64,000 nt of DNA, taken from Candidatus Latescibacterota bacterium. GTDB lineage: Bacteria > Latescibacterota > UBA2968 > UBA8231. The notes below the pieces were generated by a model, which was given only the letters and a program-made list of their open reading frames with translations, was not told the origin of the DNA and did no database searches. A program made the translations under genes and the position numbers. The DNA lies in NCBI GenBank assembly GCA_965223905.1, contig CBDCXV010000011.1:1152001-1216000 (forward strand). The letters are read 5' to 3'. How positions within the stretch are numbered: the first letter of the stretch is position 1; each line of letters begins with the position of its first letter. This document shows, one piece after another, positions 10,505 through 20,624 of this stretch.

Positions 10505-11887
10505 CTGGACTTTTGCAAAAGGCAGAATTCCTGGGATAATCGGTCAAGGATAGAGGGTAGCGCCAATTCGATGGAACTTGGTATGTTTGGTAGAACGAAG
10601 GCATCCCCCGCTTTCGTTTCCCCTGGCCATGAGAGAGGTTGTTCATGCCAGGTATTGTTGACTTCCCACGGTGGTTGAAGAAGCGGTGGCAGAGTTCGGC
10701 GGCATCTTCGCCAACGCCCCGGAGCGCCGGCATTTTGGCGAATACCTGACCGGGCTTCTGGTGGCCGAACGCAAACATGTATCGGCGATCAACGCCGAGT
10801 TCGTCGAGACCACCGATCAATCCTGCCTGAACCGCTGGATTACGCAGGTGCGATGGGACGGGAAATGGCTCAACGAACACCGCCTGGAATGGTTGCAGGA
10901 CCCCCCCTCGACGCGCTATTCGGCGCGCGGGGTGATCGCCATCGACAACACCTTGGTCGGCCACAGCGGAGACAAGATCGAGGACGTGGGTTGGTTTTGG
11001 GATCACTCCGACCAGCGCCATAGGATTGCCCACGACTACGTCATCGCCAACTACGTGGTGCACCTCGGGGAAATACTATCCGTTGGAATTCCGTCGCTTT
11101 CGCAAGCGCCAGGAAGGGGAGACGGGCGCGTCCTTCAAGAGCCATACCGAGCTGTTCAAAGAGCTGGTGGACGGGGTCGTTTTCCGACAGATCCCGGGCG
11201 ATTTCGCCTTCGACTGCTACTTCAGCAGTGTCGAGTGTCTCGATCACATCCATAGTCATGGGCGCGGCTACGTAGGGGCCCTGAAGAGCAACCGCAAGGT
11301 CGAGTTCAAGGGCGGCCTGATGAAGGCCGCGGAAGTGGCTGCGAATATCCCACCCGAGGATCGCAAACAGGTCAGCATCGGCAAGCGCAAACAATGGTAT
11401 TTCACCAAGACCGTGCGCCTGCCCAAGCTCGATCACCGCGTTCGTTTGCTGATCCTGTGGGATCGCAAGAACGGCAGGGAAGCGGTCAAGTTTCTACTGA
11501 CCAATCGCGTGCACTGGGAGATCAGTCGTATTCTGAACGTCTATCGCAAACGCTGGACGGGCACCGAGACTTTTCATCGGGACGGCAAGCACCATCTGGG
11601 CATGGGAGACGGTCAGTTACGCAGCGGCGAGGGCCAGACCCGGCATAGGTACCTCGTGATGCTGACGCACAGTCTGCTCATGGCACGGAGGCGGCAGGGC
11701 CGTGCGCGTGACTGGGCTCATACCGTGCTAACGACCATTGGCGAGGCCTGTCGAGCCGTGTCGCGAGAGACGCTCAGCAAAACCATCTCCTGGGCGGTCG
11801 AACAGGCCACAACAGTAGGGTGGACGCAGGAGAGAATCGTCACACACCTAAAACTTGTGTAAAAAAGCGGAGTTTGCAAAAGTCCAG
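10505..11887 (+). mobile_element. IS701-family IS, right copy (full length, transposase frameshifted)
   Basis: Same TIRs; transposase 10645-11862 is broken into frames by single-base indels near 10660 and 11057. Confidence 0.85.
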
Positions 11888-12014
11888 TTACAACACCAGT
11901 TTCGATATCTACAGTGATTTCGTATTCGCCATAGGCCGCATGAAAATGAGCCGGTGGGTGATCGCGGATATACATGCGGATCACTATCCCAAGAAATCGA
12001 CTTATTTCAGGCAT
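11888..12014 (-). pseudogene. 5' half of the DUF4160 family gene (putative toxin)
   Basis: MPEISRFLGIVIRMYIRDHPPAHFHAAYGEYEITVDIETGVV is typical of DUF4160. Confidence 0.88.
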
Positions 12015-12299
12015 GATCCGAACTGTCCGGCTACCATTCTTTTCTCAAGAATACGGGCCGCAATTTCGCTTCGGAATGGTCTTCAGGCCCGGTCGATCAA
12101 AGTACTCGAACTCAGCATCTTAACTGAAGTTCCAGGCATTTGTCAATCGATCTCTCGGGGGTGGGAAGGTCTGCTTTGAGGTTGGAATTGGCGATGGCGA
12201 GCCAGGAGGCGCGCAGATCAGGGATCAGGTGGCAATACCGTCAGGCTTGGTCCAGGCCAGCCCGATCCCCATTGGAAGGGAATCCTCCCCTCGGTCCCC

Positions 12300-13565
12300 T
12301 TATGCCGGCTGCGCCGCCGCCGTCTTCAGCTCCTCGTTGCGGGCGGGGTGGAAGTAGATCGCGAAGAGCACGGTCCCCGCGATGCTGGCGGCCGCGGCAA
12401 TCGCGAACAGGGTCCCGTATCCGGATGCGGCGATCACCTGCCCGCCGAAGCTGCCGGTCAGCATGAAGGAGCACCCCATGGCCATCGAGCTCACCGCGGC
12501 CATCCCCGGCCGCCAGCGCGGCTCCACGATTTCCTGCTGAAAGACCGTCAGGGTGGGCAGCCGGATCGCCGACAGCGAATGCACGAAGAAGAGGGTGCAG
12601 GCCGCGGCAGCCCAGTTACCCGACAGCATGACCGGGAGCAGGGCGGCCGCCTGCAGCAGCGAGGTGGCGATAATGGTTGCCCGCTGACCCCGGGAGGCGA
12701 CTATCAGCGGCGTCGACAGGGCCGCCAGCCCGCTCACCAGCATGGCGGTCGCGGCGACGGCTCCTATCAACGCCGTCGGCTCTCCGAGGAAGTCGTCCAT
12801 GTAGACGTTGAAGAAGGTCTGCTGGGTCGCCATGGAGATGGCGCAGAGGAAGCCGGCCCCCGCCACCGCGGCCATGGGACCGCGGGGACGCGGCGACTCC
12901 CCATCGGAACCGCCGACCGCGAGGCTGCCCGGTGTCGGCTTTGTGGCGGCGACGGCGAGGGCGGCCGGGACGATCATCACCGCGGCGAGGAACAGCGGGT
13001 ACCGGTACGGGGCCGGGCCGTCGAGGGAGGCCCCCATCAGGGCCGCGAAGGTTCCGGGCAGCACCCCTCCGACGAGGTTGCCGGCGAACCCGGCGATCGG
13101 CCACATCGCCGCCTGCACCGCGAACACGTGGATGCGCTCGACCCGCGTCGTGATCGAGAGCAGGAAGGGACCGGCGTTGACGATGGAGAGAGCGAACCCG
13201 AAGGCGCGCGGCAGGCGGGCGACTATCAGCCAGTCGGCCTGCCATGCGCGCGGCACGAACTCGGCGAAGGGCAGCATGGCGTTGCCGACGGCGACGAGCG
13301 CGAGTCCGAGGACGATCATCCGGCGCGCCCCCCAGCGTCTGCCCATCGCCCCTGCCGGAATGCAGAACAGGGCGTAGGAGGCCGCGCCGGCGGCGTTGAC
13401 GAAGCCGACGAACCCGATGTCGTGCCCGAGGCGCAGCAGGTAGATGTTGAGAAGCAGGCTGTAGATGCCGCTGGAGGAGGCGAACCCCACCAGGGCTCCG
13501 CTCAGCAGGTAGAGGCGTACGTCGCGGTTGAAGGAGCGGACGATCTGAAGGTATTCGTGCAGCAA
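12300..13565 (-). CDS. MFS transporter
   Basis: About 12 hydrophobic segments, GAMGRRWGARR loop motif. Confidence 0.85.
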   Translation of the reverse strand: MLHEYLQIVRSFNRDVRLYLLSGALVGFASSSGIYSLLLNIYLLRLGHDIGFVGFVNAAGAASYALFCIPAGAMGRRWGARRMIVLGLALVAVGNAMLPFAEFVPRAWQADWLIVARLPRAFGFALSIVNAGPFLLSITTRVERIHVFAVQAAMWPIAGFAGNLVGGVLPGTFAALMGASLDGPAPYRYPLFLAAVMIVPAALAVAATKPTPGSLAVGGSDGESPRPRGPMAAVAGAGFLCAISMATQQTFFNVYMDDFLGEPTALIGAVAATAMLVSGLAALSTPLIVASRGQRATIIATSLLQAAALLPVMLSGNWAAAACTLFFVHSLSAIRLPTLTVFQQEIVEPRWRPGMAAVSSMAMGCSFMLTGSFGGQVIAASGYGTLFAIAAAASIAGTVLFAIYFHPARNEELKTAAAQPA

Positions 13566-13757
13566 TCAGGGCCCCGACTGAGAAGTGGACTGCCGGCACT
13601 CCCCCTTGGCGGCCCGTTGAACAAGTCCACCTGGGCTGCGGCCGGCTCGCCAGGTGCCGCCGGAAGGGATGGCTCCGCGGAAATTGCCAGGGGTTGAAGC
13701 CGGACACCGGAGCGCGGGCCGGGCCGCGCTGTTCCGGCCTCGCGGCTGTCGGCCGCC

Positions 13758-14615
13758 CTATCCCCCGAAGGTGGAGCTCTTCAGGACCGTCTGGGTTTCG
13801 TAGATCGAACCGGGCCGCAGGGCGGCGGGCAGGGGCATGCGCCAGGGCACCTTTTCCATGCGCGGCTCGACAGTGGGCTCGCCGCGCACGTAGGAGGCGC
13901 AGTAGAGATCCCAGTCGAGCTGCTGGCAGAGGGGCCACGCGTCGCCGGCGCAGTACTGAAGCAGCAGCAGGCGCCGGGGGTTCGCCGAGGAGTTCGGCAG
14001 CGAAGCGTGCAGGGTGCGCACGTGGTGGAGGGAGATGCCGCCGGCCTCCACCTCGATCAGCTCGGCTTTGGAATCGTCGAAGCCGGCCTCGGTGACGGCG
14101 CCGGCGAAGCAGCCGTCCTGGTGGTGGTCCCAGATCTTCCCCTTGTGGGAGCCGGGGACGACCATCAGGCAGCCGTTCTGCTCGGTCATTTCGTCGATCG
14201 CGACGCCGACGGCGAGCAGGTCGTCGTTGGTATGCGGGTAGAAGGCCCAGTCCTGGTGCCAGTGGACGGGGCTGCCGAACTCCCCGGACTTCATGTTGAG
14301 CTTGTCGCCGTTGGTGCGCATCGCGTCCCCCCCGATCAGCTGCGCGACGATGTCGAGGATGCGGTCGTTGCGCAGGGCCGCGGCGTAGGCCGGATGCGCC
14401 TTCACCGGGCTCTTGATGCGGCGCAGCTTGGGCATCTCCGGGGTGTGATCCGGCTCCAGGTCGAAGACCCCGTCGTGCTCGCTCACCTCCCGCGACTTCT
14501 CGACGAACTCCTCGGTGACCCGGCGCAGCTCGGCGACTTCGGCCGGGGTCAGGACCCCGTCAACGCTGCAGTATCCCTTTTCGTGGTACGCTTCGATTTC
14601 CTGTCGAGACAGCAT
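13758..14615 (-). CDS. Phytanoyl-CoA dioxygenase (PhyH) family protein
   Basis: WHQDWAFYPHTN, NGCLMVVPGSH, LHAS.PN.S..PRR. Confidence 0.9.
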   Translation of the reverse strand: MLSRQEIEAYHEKGYCSVDGVLTPAEVAELRRVTEEFVEKSREVSEHDGVFDLEPDHTPEMPKLRRIKSPVKAHPAYAAALRNDRILDIVAQLIGGDAMRTNGDKLNMKSGEFGSPVHWHQDWAFYPHTNDDLLAVGVAIDEMTEQNGCLMVVPGSHKGKIWDHHQDGCFAGAVTEAGFDDSKAELIEVEAGGISLHHVRTLHASLPNSSANPRRLLLLQYCAGDAWPLCQQLDWDLYCASYVRGEPTVEPRMEKVPWRMPLPAALRPGSIYETQTVLKSSTFGG

Positions 14616-14624
14616 CTCTTCTTC

Positions 14625-15368
14625 CTATTTGAGCTTGACGATTTCGCGCTGCGCGGCGCTCAGACGAGCGTCGAGGCCGGCGCTGAAGCGCAGCCCCTGG
14701 CCGCCCCAGTCGGGCATGTAACCTGTGCTGTAACAATAATAAAGGGTCCGTCTCGGACGGCGGGAAGTGTTGACCGTTGAACCGTGCGTGAGGGCTTCGG
14801 TGAAGATGATCGCGTCCCCCGCCCTCGCCGGGAGCGGCACCAGGGAGGGATCCTCCTCCGGGTGCGGGCCCCAGGGGCGCGGGAAGTTCGCCTTGTGGGT
14901 GCCCGGCACCACGGCGAAGCAGCCGTCCTCCGGGCCGCAATCGACGGTCGGGAACACCGCCTTGGTCAGCGTCGACATCATCTGCCCGTTGTGGCAGCGG
15001 TACTGGCACTTCGGATGGATCGGCGTGCCGTGCATGTGCATGTGCGTGTACCCGCCTCCCCAGCGATAGATCGCGTAGGTGTGGTTGAGGCGCCAGGGCC
15101 CGCCGGTGACGGTCTCGACCACGTCGAGGACCTCGGGAAGCTCCATCAGCGGCTGCATCGCCGCGTCGGCTTCCATGATGTTGGAGATGTAGAGCTCCCG
15201 CTCGGTCTTTTCGGTACCGAGGACCAGCGGCTCGGGGTACTCCCGCGGATCCATCCCCTCGAAGCGGTCGAGCACCCCGTTGCAGGCCGCCACGAGGTCG
15301 GGCGGGACCACCTGCTCGAGCAGGATGTAGCCGTTGAGATCGAACAGGTAGGTCTGCTCCGCGTTCAT
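14625..15368 (-). CDS. Phytanoyl-CoA dioxygenase (PhyH) family protein
   Basis: FDLNGY, GCFAVVPGTHK, GDAIIFTEALTHG, RRTLYY. Confidence 0.85.
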   Translation of the reverse strand: MNAEQTYLFDLNGYILLEQVVPPDLVAACNGVLDRFEGMDPREYPEPLVLGTEKTERELYISNIMEADAAMQPLMELPEVLDVVETVTGGPWRLNHTYAIYRWGGGYTHMHMHGTPIHPKCQYRCHNGQMMSTLTKAVFPTVDCGPEDGCFAVVPGTHKANFPRPWGPHPEEDPSLVPLPARAGDAIIFTEALTHGSTVNTSRRPRRTLYYCYSTGYMPDWGGQGLRFSAGLDARLSAAQREIVKLK

Positions 15369-15399
15369 TGCCGACTCCCGACTATTCTCTGGTGAAACC

Positions 15400-16743
15400 T
15401 CATCCCTCGCTCTCCAGCGCCAAGTCCCGCTCCAGGCCCGCGCCCCAGGCGAGCAGCTCCTCGTCGCCGCCCACGGGGGCGATGAACTGAATCCCCAGGG
15501 GCATTCCCGAGGCCGAAGACTCGCCCGCGGGCAGCCCCAGCACCGGCATTCCCGCGTGGGTCCAGGGCAGGTTCATGCTCGGGTCCCCGGTGGTCGCCAG
15601 TCCTTTCGGAGCCGGGCCGGTGGCTGCCGGACAGGCCCAGAGGTCGATGCCTTCCGCGGCCATCTGGGATTCGAGCTCCTGGCGCAGCTCGCCGCGGCCG
15701 CGGCGGGCTGCTTCGACCGCGGCCCGCGACACGCCGCGGCCCTGCTCGACCAGAGCCGCGGTGCCCTCGTCGTAGAGGCCGGCGTACTCGTCGAACCAGG
15801 GCTCGTGGACCCGTGCCATCTCGGCGACCATCATCTGCCGGTGGCGGTAGTCGATCTCCTCGATGTCCTCGAACGCCGGGGCTTCGACGACCTCGTACCC
15901 GGCGCTTCGCAGGACCTCCAGCTGGTTTTCGAAATCCTCCCGGGCAGCCGGCTCGGTCTGGTCGAGATAGGGGCCCTCCGGCACCCCGAGGACCGGCCGG
16001 CCCGGGGCGGAAACCGCGGCCCGCCATTCGCCGCAGAGCACCGAAGCGGCCCGTCCCGCCGTGGCGACGTCCCGGGTGAAGGTGCCGATGGTGTCGACCG
16101 AAGGGGAGCAGTGGATGAATCCGGAGATGTCGATGCGGCCGTAGGTCGGCTTGAAGCCGGTGATCCCGCAGAACGCCGCCGGCCTGACGATGGAGCCGAT
16201 GGTCTGCGACCCGAACGCCAGCCGGCAGTACCCGGCGGCCACGGCCGCGGCCGAGCCGCTGCTCGAGCCTCCGGGACTGTGCCCGAGGTGGTGGGGATTG
16301 CGCGTCGCCGCCGGCTTGAAGCAGGCGAACTCGGTGGTCACCGCCTTGCCGAGAACCAGGGCGCCCGCGGCCCGCAGCGCCCGGATGCACCCGGCTTCGG
16401 GCCCGGCGAGCACCTCCGGGGGCAGCTGCGAGCCGGCGCGGGTCCCGAAGCCGTCGACGTGGATGATGTCCTTGACCGCGACCAGCATGCCGAACAGCGG
16501 CATGCCGGCGGCGGGCTCCGCCGGCAGCCGGCCCGCCTCCTCCAGCAGGCGGGAGCGGCGGTCCGCCTCGGGCAGCAGCGCCCGGATGTCGCCGTCGAGC
16601 GCCTCGATGCGGCGGCAGGCCTCATCTATCTCTTCCCTCAGGCCCGGCATTCCGCCCAAACTCGCCCTGTCCGTGCCCGGTTCTACGCGCCCGTTGGAGT
16701 ATCCCATCCCTCCTGCCTCCCTGTCATTGCCGCGGGTGTCCAT
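15400..16743 (-). CDS. Amidase-signature family amidase
   Basis: VAVKD, GKAVTTEFA, NPHH...SPGGSSSGSAAAVA, GSQTIGSIVRPAAFCG; start codon uncertain. Confidence 0.92.
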   Translation of the reverse strand: MDTRGNDREAGGMGYSNGRVEPGTDRASLGGMPGLREEIDEACRRIEALDGDIRALLPEADRRSRLLEEAGRLPAEPAAGMPLFGMLVAVKDIIHVDGFGTRAGSQLPPEVLAGPEAGCIRALRAAGALVLGKAVTTEFACFKPAATRNPHHLGHSPGGSSSGSAAAVAAGYCRLAFGSQTIGSIVRPAAFCGITGFKPTYGRIDISGFIHCSPSVDTIGTFTRDVATAGRAASVLCGEWRAAVSAPGRPVLGVPEGPYLDQTEPAAREDFENQLEVLRSAGYEVVEAPAFEDIEEIDYRHRQMMVAEMARVHEPWFDEYAGLYDEGTAALVEQGRGVSRAAVEAARRGRGELRQELESQMAAEGIDLWACPAATGPAPKGLATTGDPSMNLPWTHAGMPVLGLPAGESSASGMPLGIQFIAPVGGDEELLAWGAGLERDLALESEG

Positions 16744-17032
16744 GTCCAAAGGTCAGTGGGTCCATACATAGTCTCAGCCATGCGCTTCGCCCTGCACAGC
16801 TCGCAGAGCCAGGAAGCGGTATCGAATCGAAGCCGGTGCCACAATCCAAGCAGCGTCGAGATAGTTTGCCGCCGCCTTTGTATCAGGATTCCCAGAAATT
16901 GAGCAAAACCGATACGGCGCATATGAACACGAACAGTTCCAAAAGCCATTCAAAGCCGACACCGCTACCTGCCATTCAACAGCGATCCTGAAATCCTGGC
17001 CTATTTCCCGCTTTTGCCGCCAGCCCGCCCCA

Positions 17033-17950
17033 TTACTTCCGGGGGCGCTTCTTCGCCGCCTTCTTCGCCGCTTTTTTCGCCGCCTTTTTGGGCGGCTTCC
17101 ATTTGGCGAGGTGGCCCTGCCAGCTCTTCTCCAGCTCCCCCCTGATCGCCTTGACGTCGCGGAAGCGGTCGCCGAACACCGACAGGTGGTAGCCGCCGGG
17201 GATCTGCTCCGGGCAGACGAACAGCTCGCGGCCCGGGGTCGCCGCCTTCAGCCACAGCGCCAGCAGCTGGTCGGCGAACTCCATGCAGTCGATGAACTCC
17301 GGGGTCAGCTTGCCCCCCGGCCCGAGGGCGGGAATCATGGCGTGGTGCCCGTTGAAGGGGCGGAAGTGGATCTGGTTGGCGAGCTGCACGAGGTCGGGGC
17401 GCTCGATCAGGCGCTTGAAATAAGGGGGCGACAGGTGCTTGACGACGGCCGGGTGGGAGAAATCCCACGTCATCTTCAGCGGCCGCTTCTCCTCCTTCTC
17501 GAACCCCTCGGCCAGGGCGTAGGTCTTCTCCGGGGTTTCCGTGCAGGTGTCGCGGTGGACCTCGATCGAGACATCCATGTCGAGCTCGTCGGCGACCCGC
17601 ATGACCTCGCGGGCGCAGGCCACCGCCTCCGCGGTCCCGGTGTCGTGGTCGAGCATCTGCACGTTGACGACGCGGGCGTTGTACTTCCCAATCCGCTTGA
17701 GCTTGCGCTCGGCCTCCTGCGGCCCGCCCATGTCGGTGGTGCAGGCGAAGATGAGCCCGGACTCCTCGACCACCTCGGGCGGGAACATGATGACGCGCCC
17801 GAGGAAGCCGTCGAAGCCGGCGTTCCTGATGCGCTTCAGCTTCTGTGGAAACGTCCACTCCACCCCCTTGGTGCCGTACCCGAGCAGGGTGCCGACCGAG
17901 CACATGTGGCGCAGGACCGGGGGCTCGGCCTGCTGTTTCGATTTTGCCAT
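17033..17950 (-). CDS. Xylose-isomerase-like TIM barrel protein
   Basis: IEVHRDT, WDFSH, IHFRP, VCPE metal-ligand pattern; Lys/Ala-rich tail. Confidence 0.7.
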   Translation of the reverse strand: MAKSKQQAEPPVLRHMCSVGTLLGYGTKGVEWTFPQKLKRIRNAGFDGFLGRVIMFPPEVVEESGLIFACTTDMGGPQEAERKLKRIGKYNARVVNVQMLDHDTGTAEAVACAREVMRVADELDMDVSIEVHRDTCTETPEKTYALAEGFEKEEKRPLKMTWDFSHPAVVKHLSPPYFKRLIERPDLVQLANQIHFRPFNGHHAMIPALGPGGKLTPEFIDCMEFADQLLALWLKAATPGRELFVCPEQIPGGYHLSVFGDRFRDVKAIRGELEKSWQGHLAKWKPPKKAAKKAAKKAAKKRPRK

Positions 17951-18119
17951 GGGATCTCCTTCCCTCTGTGAAACCGCCGTTGCACGGGAGCTTTGCCGGC
18001 AGGCCAAGATAGGCAGCGCGAGGGGTGGTTTCAACCGCCGGCGCCGCCTTGACTTGCGGATTTCGCCGCTCGTAACTTAGAGGAAAATCAGGTCCTTAGG
18101 GCAAAAATAAGGAGCGGTG

Positions 18120-18599
18120 ATGAGGCGAACGGCCAGTCTTCTGGCGGTGATGATGGCAGTCTGGCTGCTGTGGTCGGGACAGTACAGCTGGCTGCTCGTC
18201 GGCTTCGGCCTGCTCTCCTGCCTGCTGGTCGCCCTGATCGCCCGCCGCATGCGCATCCTCGACCTAGAAGGCCACCCCGTTCACCTGGCGCGGCGGCTGC
18301 CGGCCTACTGCCTGTGGCTGCTCTGGGCGATCGTCCGCTCCAACCTCGACGTCGCCTGGCGCATCCTCCATCCGCGGTTGCCGATCAGCCCCAATATCAT
18401 CCGGGTCAAGGCGAGCCAGCGCACCGATCTCGGCAAGGTCGTCTTCGCCAACTCCATCACCCTGACGCCGGGAACCCTGGCGCTCGAGGTCGAAGGGGAC
18501 GAGATCGAGGTGCACGCCCTGACCCGGGAGAGCGCCGCGGACCTCGAGGCCGGGGAAATGGACCGGCGCGTGACCTGGGTCGAGGGGGAGGAATCCTGA
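18120..18599 (+). CDS. mrpE: Na+/H+ antiporter subunit E
   Basis: SNLDVA, ANSITLTPGT, VHAL. Confidence 0.93.
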   Translation: MRRTASLLAVMMAVWLLWSGQYSWLLVGFGLLSCLLVALIARRMRILDLEGHPVHLARRLPAYCLWLLWAIVRSNLDVAWRILHPRLPISPNIIRVKASQRTDLGKVVFANSITLTPGTLALEVEGDEIEVHALTRESAADLEAGEMDRRVTWVEGEES

Positions 18600-18877
18600 T
18601 GTTCGTCGCCGTTGCGGCCGCGATCATCTTCACCCTCGTGCTCGCCGTGGCGCGGGCCGTCCTCGGACCGACGGCCTACGACCGCATCCTCGCCGTCAAC
18701 ATGGCGGCGACCAAGACCGTGCTCCTGATCGCCGTGGCCGGCTTTCTCACCGGCCGCCCCGAATTCCTCGACCTCGCTCTCGCCTGCGTGCTCCTCAACT
18801 TCATCGCCGCGGTCGCGGTCCTGAAGTTCGTCGACCGGGGGGATTTCTCCGTCTCGGGAGAGGCCGACCATGGCTGA
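18599..18877 (+). CDS. mrpF: Na+/H+ antiporter subunit F
   Basis: GPTAYDRILA; start overlaps the mrpE stop. Confidence 0.9.
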   Translation: MFVAVAAAIIFTLVLAVARAVLGPTAYDRILAVNMAATKTVLLIAVAGFLTGRPEFLDLALACVLLNFIAAVAVLKFVDRGDFSVSGEADHG

Positions 18878-19250
18878 GGCGGTCGCCGCCGGCTGCTGGA
18901 TCCTGCTCCTCTCCGGGTCGCTGTTCTGCGCCGTCGGCGGCATCGGCCTGCTGCGGCTCCCCGACTTCTTCAGCCGCGCCCACGGCGCCGGGGTCACCGA
19001 CACCCTCGGGACCGGGCTGCTGATAGCCGGCATGGCGCTCTACCACGAAGGGGGCCTGCTGCTTCAATACTTCGACGGGGCCATCGCCGCAGGGGAGCTG
19101 TTCCGGGGCTCGCTGGTCACCTTCAAGCTGATCCTCATCCTCCTGATCCTGTGGCTGTCGAGCCCGACCGCCACCCACGCCATCGCCAAGGCGGCGCGCC
19201 TGTCCGGCCACGAACCGCTGCTCGACGGCGCCGGCAGAAAATCCTCGTGA
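18870..19250 (+). CDS. mrpG: Na+/H+ antiporter subunit G
   Basis: GLLRLPDFFSRAH, SPTATHAIAKAA. Confidence 0.92.
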   Translation: MAEAVAAGCWILLLSGSLFCAVGGIGLLRLPDFFSRAHGAGVTDTLGTGLLIAGMALYHEGGLLLQYFDGAIAAGELFRGSLVTFKLILILLILWLSSPTATHAIAKAARLSGHEPLLDGAGRKSS

Positions 19251-19795
19251 CCGAGCTGCTCAACGTCTGCCTGCTCGCCTTCATGGCGGTCGTCGCCCTC
19301 GTCGTCCTGCGCCTGCGCAACCTGTTCGCCGCGGCGATGGTGGCGAGCTTCTTCAGCCTGCTTTCGGCGGGGATGTTCGTCATCCTCGACGCCGTCGACG
19401 TCGCCTTCACCGAGGTCGCCGTCGGCGCCGGGGTGACGACCATCATCATGCTCGGCACCCTGGTTCTGACCGGAACGGAGGAGAAGGCCGCGGCTTCCTG
19501 GTCCCCCTGGCCCCTGCTCGCGGTGCTGGCGCTGGGCGGGCTGCTGGTCTACGGCACCCTCGACATGCCGCGTTACGGCGATCCCGGCTCCGCGGTGCAC
19601 ACCCACGTCGTCGGCCCCCGCTACATCGAGGAGTCCCCCGCCGAGATCGGGGTGCCGAACATGGTGACCTCGGTGCTGGCCAGCTACCGCGGCTACGACA
19701 CCCTGGGGGAGACCGCGGTGATCTTCACCGCCGGCATCGGCCTGCTGCTGCTGATAGGGGCAGGTTTCCGCGGGCGCGGGAAGGAGGCCCCGTGA
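19247..19795 (+). CDS. Mrp subunit, DUF4040/MrpA C-terminal (MrpB-related)
   Basis: AVDVAFTEVAVGAG, NMVTSVLASYRGYDTLGE. Confidence 0.88.
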   Translation: MTELLNVCLLAFMAVVALVVLRLRNLFAAAMVASFFSLLSAGMFVILDAVDVAFTEVAVGAGVTTIIMLGTLVLTGTEEKAAASWSPWPLLAVLALGGLLVYGTLDMPRYGDPGSAVHTHVVGPRYIEESPAEIGVPNMVTSVLASYRGYDTLGETAVIFTAGIGLLLLIGAGFRGRGKEAP

Positions 19796-20229
19796 GCGAC
19801 CACCTCATCCTGCGCGTCGTCGCCAAGCTGTTCATCCCCTTCATCCTGCTGTTCGCCCTCTACGTGCAGTTCCACGGCGACTTCGGGCCGGGGGGCGGCT
19901 TCCAGGCCGGGGTGATCTTCGCCGCGGCGTTTTCCCTCCACTGCCTGGTGTTCGGCATCGACCGAACCCGGCGCGCCTTCCCGCCGAACCTCGTCGAGTT
20001 CTGCGCCGCCTTCGGCATGCTCCTCTACATCGGCACCGGGGCCGCGGGAATCCTGCTCGGGGGGTCCTTCCTCGACTACAACGTCCTCGGCAGCGACCCG
20101 GTGAAAGGGCAGCACCTCGGCATCCTGCTCGTCGAGCTGGGGGTCGGGATCACGGTCGCCGCGGTGATGGTGGCGCTCTTCTTCTGCTTCTGCGGCAGGT
20201 CGCCGGAAGGGAAGGACCGGGAGCAGTGA
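19792..20229 (+). CDS. mrpB: Na+/H+ antiporter subunit B
   Basis: HGDFGPGGGFQAG. Confidence 0.92.
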   Translation: MSDHLILRVVAKLFIPFILLFALYVQFHGDFGPGGGFQAGVIFAAAFSLHCLVFGIDRTRRAFPPNLVEFCAAFGMLLYIGTGAAGILLGGSFLDYNVLGSDPVKGQHLGILLVELGVGITVAAVMVALFFCFCGRSPEGKDREQ

Positions 20230-20624
20230 GCGGCTGGTCCGGCCTCTACAACTACTGGGCCGTCATCTTCCTGATGATGACCGGCCTCTACACCGTGATC
20301 TCGCGGCACAACCTCGTCAAGAAGATGATCGGGCTGACCGTCTTCCAGACGTCGGTGTTCCTGCTCTACATCACCATGGGCAAGGTCGCCGGCGGCACGG
20401 CGCCGATCGTAGGGGCTCCCGGTGCGGCGTACGCCAACCCTCTGCCCCACGCCCTCATCCTGACGGCCATCGTCGTCGGCATCTCCACCACCGCGGTCGG
20501 CCTCGCCCTGATCATCCGCATCCACCAGGCCTACGGCACCCTCGAGGAGGACGAGATCGCCGCCCTCGACCATCCCCCCGCCGACAGCCGCCCCCCGGAC
20601 GTTCGCCCCCCGGATCGCAATTGA
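20226..20624 (+). CDS. mrpC: Na+/H+ antiporter subunit C
   Basis: NLVKKMIGL, NPLPHALILTAIVVG. Confidence 0.93.
   Translation: MSGWSGLYNYWAVIFLMMTGLYTVISRHNLVKKMIGLTVFQTSVFLLYITMGKVAGGTAPIVGAPGAAYANPLPHALILTAIVVGISTTAVGLALIIRIHQAYGTLEEDEIAALDHPPADSRPPDVRPPDRN

Larger units (their letters stand above)
5918..11887. mobile_element. Composite transposon of two directly oriented IS701-type copies with ~3.45 kb cargo
   Basis: Outer ends flanked by identical TTACAA (5912-5917, 11888-11893); inner ends have unrelated flanks; removal restores ETGVVTGRFP. Confidence 0.9.

Noticed and set aside
17040-17100. Repeated KKAA-coding sequence
   Set aside because: Ordinary low-complexity Lys/Ala protein tail.
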